Shown here piece by piece: positions 38,821 to 45,875 of a stretch of DNA of 45,875 nucleotides. Source of the DNA: Phoronis australis (lineage: Eukaryota > Animalia > Phoronida); the NCBI GenBank assembly GCA_002633005.1, contig NMRA01000710.1, positions 8,800-54,674 on the forward strand, in the 5' to 3' direction. Each line of letters opens with the position of its first letter. The stretch's first letter is position 1. Position numbers and translations under genes: made by a program. Below the pieces are notes generated by a model. That model was not told the DNA's origin, did no database searches, and was given only the letters and a program-made list of their open reading frames with translations.

Positions 38821-39661
38821 CAGCTCCACTAGTCGGTCAACTATCAAACTGGAATGCCCGCAAAAGCTATACCACGACATGTTAATTAGCTGATACCGGG
38901 TAACGAGTATTACTACGTAGAGTCGGGATAACCGATGCTGTCTTGCTCACTGATCTGCTGTGATTATTTCGAAGAATGTTGTTGCTTTCCCTTCCCTGCT
39001 ACAGCGTGGGATTCACCAAGTTGCAAGTACTTTAGATTGTGTGATTAAAAGAAAGGTAGAGAGGTTACAAAAAGCATTCAACTACTTAAAAGTAAGCTAT
39101 CCAAATGTCCTCTGCTATCTTGGACAGTTAACCTTTTGTTTATTCCCCGTCTTGTAAGAGAAGCTCACGATATTTTTCTGATGTAATTGTGACAGAATTA
39201 TTGTCTGATGGCTTCTACAACTACCAGGGATATTCAAAAGGAATTTTATACCGCTGTCAGATCCGGGGCTTCAGTTTTATGCGACTCACGAGTTCAAGGG
39301 GTCTAACGTGTAGCTGACTTTTGATTAATAGCGCAGACCAATATTTCAGAAAACCGTGTCATAATCAGTGATTTAGTTGGTACAATTCATGCACTGTTTC
39401 TGGTTTTGGAAGAGGAACCAATCGCTCAGATTTAGAAATTCCATGTGATTAACGAATCAAGAGCCTTCAAGCGAGTGCTTAGAACCAAGTTCTCATTGGT
39501 CAGGTGGGTCACTTTACACAACTGCGGACACCGGGCGGGCAGGTGGAGGTTGGGCAGACATGATGACAATAACACCCACACGTCTATGTCAAACGATGTC
39601 TGGACAAATACACTGATACATCACATGCATAGCTCAAAATCATTTAAGTATTTACACTCAC

Positions 39662-39749
39662 CTCGATTTTTGGATGTCGTGGTAGTCGTTGTTGGCGTTG
39701 TGGTAGTCGTTGGTGGTGTGGTGGTAGTCGTTGTTGGTGTGGTGGTAGT
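39662..39749 (-). CDS. Gene D exon (partial, runs into gap): Thr/Pro-rich mucin-like stalk
   Basis: TTTTPTTTTTTPPTTTTTPTTTTTTSKNR then G|gtgagt, phase 1, matching the phase-1 acceptor of the next LU exon. The 5' part is hidden in the N gap. Confidence 0.8.
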
Positions 39750-40701
39750 NNNNNNNNNNNNNNNNNNNNNNNNNNNNNNNNNNNNNNNNNNNNNNNNNNN
39801 NNNNNNNNNNNNNNNNNNNNNNNNNNNNNNNNNNNNNNNNNNNNNNNNNNNNNNNNNNNNNNNNNNNNNNNNNNNNNNNNNNNNNNNNNNNNNNNNNNNN
39901 NNNNNNNNNNNNNNNNNNNNNNNNNNNNNNNNNNNNNNNNNNNNNNNNNNNNNNNNNNNNNNNNNNNNNNNNNNNNNNNNNNNNNNNNNNNNNNNNNNNN
40001 NNNNNNNNNNNNNNNNNNNNNNNNNNNNNNNNNNNNNNNNNNNNNNNNNNNNNNNNNNNNNNNNNNNNNNNNNNNNNNNNNNNNNNNNNNNNNNNNNNNN
40101 NNNNNNNNNNNNNNNNNNNNNNNNNNNNNNNNNNNNNNNNNNNNNNNNNNNNNNNNNNNNNNNNNNNNNNNNNNNNNNNNNNNNNNNNNNNNNNNNNNNN
40201 NNNNNNNNNNNNNNNNNNNNNNNNNNNNNNNNNNNNNNNNNNNNNNNNNNNNNNNNNNNNNNNNNNNNNNNNNNNNNNNNNNNNNNNNNNNNNNNNNNNN
40301 NNNNNNNNNNNNNNNNNNNNNNNNNNNNNNNNNNNNNNNNNNNNNNNNNNNNNNNNNNNNNNNNNNNNNNNNNNNNNNNNNNNNNNNNNNNNNNNNNNNN
40401 NNNNNNNNNNNNNNNNNNNNNNNNNNNNNNNNNNNNNNNNNNNNNNNNNNNNNNNNNNNNNNNNNNNNNNNNNNNNNNNNNNNNNNNNNNNNNNNNNNNN
40501 NNNNNNNNNNNNNNNNNNNNNNNNNNNNNNNNNNNNNNNNNNNNNNNNNNNNNNNNNNNNNNNNNNNNNNNNNNNNNNNNNNNNNNNNNNNNNNNNNNNN
40601 NNNNNNNNNNNNNNNNNNNNNNNNNNNNNNNNNNNNNNNNNNNNNNNNNNNNNNNNNNNNNNNNNNNNNNNNNNNNNNNNNNNNNNNNNNNNNNNNNNNN
40701 N
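39750..40701. other. Assembly gap (952 N)
   Basis: Flanked by the Thr-codon repeat on one side and a poly-G run on the other. Confidence 0.99.
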
Positions 40702-40885
40702 GTGGGGGGGGGGGGGGGGGGGTGGCGGCTCCCGATTTATGGGGAAACCCACTGTGTTTAGGGAGGTAAATGACTCAAATCCCACGTAATATCCAGCGTC
40801 ATATTTATAAAACCACAGGCCATACAAGCATGGAGATTTCATTAAATCAAATTTTATTTTGTTAAGAATGTTTTAATATACTTGC

Positions 40886-41015
40886 CAACAAACTTGAAGT
40901 TTTGCATTGCTAAGTTGCAGTCATTGTTGAAACAACAAGTTCCACAGGAAGTTCCTTTCCGGACAATGTTGTTTTTGCAGTCGTCTGAGTACTTTTGCTT
41001 TAGATGATCACAAGC
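40886..41015 (-). CDS. Gene D exon: C-terminal half of an upstream LU-like domain
   Basis: Acceptor ctttccctttttag| phase 0. Encodes ACDHLKQKYSDDCKNNIVRKGTSCGTCCFNNDCNLAMQNFKFV with CCxxxxCN. Probable GC donor G|gcaagt, phase 1. Confidence 0.75.
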
Positions 41016-42443
41016 CTAAAAAGGGAAAGTATAAGCGAGTGCCACGGCAGCAGACAACAGCACGTGCACATCACGTGTGCACTTGTATTTGGTACTGAAG
41101 ATTTGCATAATGAAGTGGTACTGAGTGAATTTACTCATGGGGGCGTTCTATGCTGTCATTCATATAACTTTGTCATAATTCTTAGCATCGAAACACATGA
41201 ACGTACGTAACTTAAGACTAACTTCTTGTGTATTAATTCGTGTAGCTATCAGTGTTTTTATACATATTATACAGTTTTCAATATTATTCACTTTAAAACA
41301 TATATTAGTGCAATCTTCACTTGTGCCCGGCTGCGTCAACTAATCGTATTGTCTCTATCATAACTTTCTTTGACTAGTGCCACTATCTAGTAATATATCG
41401 AAGAAACAAGACCTTATCTCGGTGAAAACAAATAAGCTTTTAGTTCCTAAATTAGGAGCCTTGCATGATAAGATCGTTTTTATTTCGAAAAATATTCTGA
41501 ATAAAACGTAAAGTTTATTCTCGGTGCGTACCAAAGTAAAAAAAAATGACTTAGTGACTAAACAGAAAAAAAACAATCAGAGTGTTCACAAGTCCATAAG
41601 TGAAAATTAAAGGAATATAACTGAGTCCCTGTGTGGGACTGTTTCATGACATCAGCCACTGCTGCCAAGATGTAATATTAATTCAACTTGGAGAAGAATT
41701 GCTCATCTTATATTTATTGATGTTGATGAAGTAAATTAGAAAAAAAATCCTGATATGATTTACACAGTGGCACTGTAAGAAGCACTCGACCGCTCTCCGA
41801 GTAGTTCATATAGCTACAAATTCATACAACCGTAAGTACCCAAAACTGTTGGAGTATTGCTTGTTATTACAAAATCACAAAGTCGTAAATACTTGGCCTC
41901 CCGCGGGGTAATTCATTTAGCTACGCATAGGAAATCACAAAGTCGGTCGCTCCCGTTGAAGTGCTTGTAACAAATTCACACAGTCGCATGTACTTGGACA
42001 CCCCAGAATGGTCCGTTTAGCTACCATAGAACCAATACAGTAAGTATTTGGCCATTACTGAGGTGGTTGTCTGTCACTCTAATTAAAAAAAATTCGTTAG
42101 TATCCGGCCACTTCCGGAGCACTCAGACCACCTCATGGGCCTCCTGTGTATCCGCCAACTTCCATACAGTGCGTCTCACTGACTCTCAAAATCAAGTCGA
42201 GAATCCTGTGGAGTGCTCCATGATGCCCTTGTGAAGAGGGTTTTAACAAGAGATAATGGAACATCAAATGGCAGAGAAAAGATTGACAATGACTACTGTA
42301 GAGACATGGTATGACGAGACACACAACCGTTGAGGCATGTTATGACGTAGCAAACAACAGTTGAGACACGCTAGGCTAAACCCAGGACTTCAATTCTTTT
42401 TTCACTTGACTGATATCGGCTGTTAAGATATTGCTGACGTTTG

Positions 42444-43100
42444 CATACGCCCAGATATGAAACATCTTCGAAGAATAATTGGATCCTGTATTCTATTAAA
42501 TTCTGGGGTTATTTCCGATGCTTCCGGTGGCCGGTTGTACGAAACAGTCCCTATTAGGGATTCAACTAAGTTCCCTAAATGTATTGCATATTTGCTTCGT
42601 TCATAACTCACTTATGTATCGTTCTTCTATCATTTTACCTTTGGTACGAGGTCCTCTTTAACCAATTGCATTTTCCAATAATATAGCTAAAAACTGAGTC
42701 CTTATTTCAGTGAAAACAATTAGGGACATAGTCCTTAAATTAGGGGCGTTACATGAAATGATCTCTACTTATTTTCAATAATACTGAGAATTCGACGTAA
42801 AGTTCACTCTCGTTTTGCATCAAAGCCAAAAATTGGTCTAGTGATGAGACTCAAACAGCAAAAGAAAGGACAATCAGCGTTTTCACAAGCCCACAGATAC
42901 ACAGTAGATTTAGGGAAGTTGGCTGAGTCCCTATTTGGGACTGTTTCATGCAACCAGGCACAGAGTTATTAAGACGATGCGAAAATACCCGCGGTATTAG
43001 TGACGGAACAACTCTGGAAGCATCAGAGACACCTCCAGAAATGTTCTAAAATAGAATATCAAATTATCGTTCGGAGGTTAGTGTTTTATATCTGCGTATG
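42444..43100. mobile_element. Older foldback element interrupted by the 42529-42959 MITE
   Basis: 42444-42526 is an imperfect reverse complement of 43014-43100; the left arm resumes after the inner MITE (cagagttatt versus aacaactctg). Confidence 0.6.
42529..42959. mobile_element. MITE with ~52-bp TIRs, nested in an older inverted-repeat element
   Basis: ggccggttgtacgaaacagtccctattagggattcaactaagttccctaaat versus atttagggaagttggctgagtccctatttgggactgtttcatgcaaccaggc. A solo related end lies at about 41607-41657. Confidence 0.75.
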
Positions 43101-43834
43101 TGTGGAGTTTCAATCATTATAAGAAGTCACGTGACTCCCATATAGAGAATGCCGTGGAATACACCGGGATAACTCCCTTATCACAGGCTTAAACAAAAGT
43201 TAACAATATCCCGAAGCAGCTCAAGGAGAATGATCGTCACTTACTTGTTTTGGGACTTCAAACGCTGAAGTCATGTTTTAGCCGTTAACTGGCCACGTCC
43301 CATTTCTGAATTCATTGCAGTTTGTACGGCACAGGTATGAAACAACTCAGAGGGAAAATTTGAGGAGACACTTCGGGCACTTTGGTAGCCTGAAATTTTC
43401 TGTCTGATACCTGCGCTTGTGCCATAATCAGTCATAACAACAAAGGGATTTGGTTAACAGTGATACGGTAAAGACATGGCTATCAGTGTTACACGTTTCA
43501 AAAGTGGTGGGCGATGTCATCGTTAGTCCTCAGTCTGCCTCCAGCTAATATTAATTCAGGAACAAGTCCATTATCACAAGAGTAAGTATCCCAGCACATT
43601 GCAATATGAGCTACACGTGGCTTCTTGCAATACAAGGGGTGCAGTACACATATTCAAAATATAAAATTCTCCGGGAAAATTTGAGGCTACGAAAATACCC
43701 AAGGTTTTTTATCGAAGTTTCATCTCTTTCCAGGCGGTTTCGTGAAGATACTCAGACGTTGTGACTTCTGAGCACGAATTTGGTGCCACAGAGCGACAAT
43801 GTACTCATCTTATAACACTAAAATATAAACATAC

Positions 43835-43912
43835 CTGTTTATTAGCACAGCCACGTCGTACGGAAATCTTGCAGTCTTTCGTCAGCCCAACGATATTCGA
43901 ACATCCATAATT
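43835..43912 (-). CDS. Gene D exon: middle of upstream LU-like domain
   Basis: Acceptor tttttatacatctttacag|, donor CAG|gtatgt, phase 0-0, only open frame. NYGCSNIVGLTKDCKISVRRGCANKQ parallels SYCLNTI...VRKRCVTES of the downstream domain and joins ACDHL.. in frame. Confidence 0.68.
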
Positions 43913-44211
43913 CTGTAAAGATGTATAAAAATAACCAGTTGATGACATTCGGCTAGCGTTCACCCACTTTAAATCGAAACATTGAAAAAACAATAAAATC
44001 TGGTTGCACTTTTTAAAATCACCACGATAGCACAAAAAGCTACAAGGGAAATGCAAAGCGTCAATAAAAGCTCAAAGCAGCGCAGATCCAATGGTGATCA
44101 GGGACATTCCCACAAGAGGGAGTGAGTGATATTAGTTTACCTGAAATATTCTGCACTTAAAATATCATCAAGGGGGGCCACATCGCAGAGGGAAGTCTCT
44201 ATTTGAGGAAA

Positions 44212-45330
44212 GCTTTATTGCACGGACGATGATCATTTGATGCATATCAAAGTCAATTCCAGAAATGGGATTCACACTAAAAGACGTAATACTGATAAGT
44301 CTTATCGCGAAATTAGTCTGTGAATGTCGATAAATCAAATATTGTGGTCTTTAAGGTGGGACCCTTAAACATTAGCTCAGTTAAATTCATGCAGCTACTG
44401 TAAATACCGGGGAATTTGTTCTCATGCAGGCTGTGTTGTGTACGATGCATTGCAAAACACTTTTCAACCGGCAAGTCAAGCTCTTTATGTAGTTAAGCCT
44501 TATTTATACAAAATGGGACCTAATAGAAATGTAAGTGGTTATTACGCACAGAACGAAGACAACAAACGTTTTTGCAAGAGGTGAATGTGGACGTTTTAAT
44601 TTGTGTGTGACATATATGTGCAAACCAATTAAGTACTATTTGAAACTGTTGAAAGTGAATGACGATAGATTTCTAAGACAATGTTACATGATACTGCATG
44701 AAAACGATTTGAAAGGTCAAAAGAACTCTGGTGTACCTTTGATAAAAATGTATTAATTACAACTGGGTTTGGCTGTGTTTGGTTGCACCAAGGAGTTGGT
44801 GATGAAATGAACTTTTAAATTTGTTTTCCTCTTCACTTGTAAATACCGATAAATGAGATTTTTATAGTTTAATTAAATTTGAACTGGCATATGAAAAGTA
44901 TTTATGTGTTAGCCTGTCTTTATATTAAGTATTTGCAATAACAAATTTGAGGTGTTCGACGCATCATTTTATGACTGACTTGCGTAGAAAAAACAATGCA
45001 CGTCGACTAGAAAGAACTTGTAAAGCTTGTAACACGGATGGAATTGAAACAGAGATACACTTTTTATTTAATTGTGTTGTCCATGCGGACTTACACAATA
45101 ATCTATTACCACAATGTATTGTTAGAAACAGAAATACACTTTAATTGTGATGTCCATGCGGACTTACGGACTAATCTATTACCACTATAACTATGTTACC
45201 ACAATATATTGTTAGATACAGAAACACTAAGGCTTTCCTTGGTTCACATTCTGTGTATGTTTTAAAAAATACAGAATTCTACATTCAACAAGCAATCGCA
45301 ATGAGGAGCGAAATTATGAGTATTTGATGA
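44212..45330 (+). mobile_element. Degenerate 5'-truncated non-LTR retrotransposon (LINE; RT C-terminus and CCHC finger, RTE-X-like)
   Basis: Frameshifted remnants in the expected order: YADD-like relic near 44215, SVNVDKSNIVVFKVG (~44317), KYRGI, RGECGRFNL...IKYYLKLL...RFLRQCY, GFGCVWLHQGV, RTCKACNTDGIETEIHFLFNC. Clade assignment is tentative. Confidence 0.8.
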
Positions 45331-45875
45331 ATTGACGAGGGTATACTGTTTGTATATTAATATAATGAACTGTAAGCCCTATGACTTTTGAAGCGAACGT
45401 TTTTGTTTGCTTGTTTGTTTGTTATACAGAATTTGTTAAATGCACGACACTTTTCATTGTTCACAGTCTTTATTCCGTTGCGTTCGTACTTTCGGAACAA
45501 AACTCTACTCTCAACTGAACATAGATACAGTAACTGACCTAGCGACATAATTAAAAGACACACGGGATATTTCGAAACATACTTGTTTCATTCTCAAGTG
45601 AAGATAAAATGACACAGTTGTAATGCCACCACAGAGTATAAGCTGACGACACACACTGAGACACGGCGGGTATGAAATACTGCAAAGAATGACTAATGAA
45701 GGGGGGTAACAGGAAAGTCACGCAAACAAGTGTAACGTGCGGCGCGACCCTGTTTGCTGCTCATTCAAAACAGGCTTCTCAAAAGCAATTAAAAGGGACT
45801 CTAATACTTTCGAACGCAGCACATCTTGCTCCACGTAGCGAATTGACGTGTTTTCCACAATTTCTTGACGGGTGA

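Noticed and set aside
39445-40842. 438-aa and 394-aa ORFs
   Set aside because: Artefacts of translating through 952 Ns; the real coding frame is the minus-strand poly-Thr frame.
45357-45680. Candidate further upstream exons of gene D
   Set aside because: Splice-like sites exist but no frame gave the expected CxxC LU start or a signal peptide; the 5' end probably lies beyond the window.

Overview
Eukaryotic (animal, probably marine lophotrochozoan-type invertebrate) genomic DNA: AT-rich, spliceosomal introns, many minisatellites and MITEs, assembly gaps. No prokaryotic features. Four protein-coding genes were reconstructed by hand. (1) The 3' part of a + strand gene with two EGF exons and an acidic ~147-aa C-terminal domain (exons 3004-3135, 4083-4208, 6925-7130, 7619-7855). 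(2) An SLC35G/EamA-type transporter with an uninterrupted ORF (10594-11544). (3) A complete 5-exon, 605-aa, signal-peptide-bearing beta-lactamase-family serine hydrolase on the - strand (28753-14830) with intact SxxK/YxN/HxG motifs and a hydrophobic C-terminus. (4) A - strand protein with Ly6/uPAR (three-finger)-like domains flanking a Thr-rich mucin stalk (43912-35794, 5'-incomplete, crossing a 952-N gap). Two near-identical tandem duplications joined by single Ns (2.24 kb and 0.83 kb) are most likely uncollapsed alleles. The window also holds a decayed LINE, a Helentron-type non-autonomous element and several nested inverted-repeat elements. I found no clearly new biological system; the best leads are the surface-anchored beta-lactamase-like enzyme, the LU-mucin-LU protein and the orphan EGF-associated domain.
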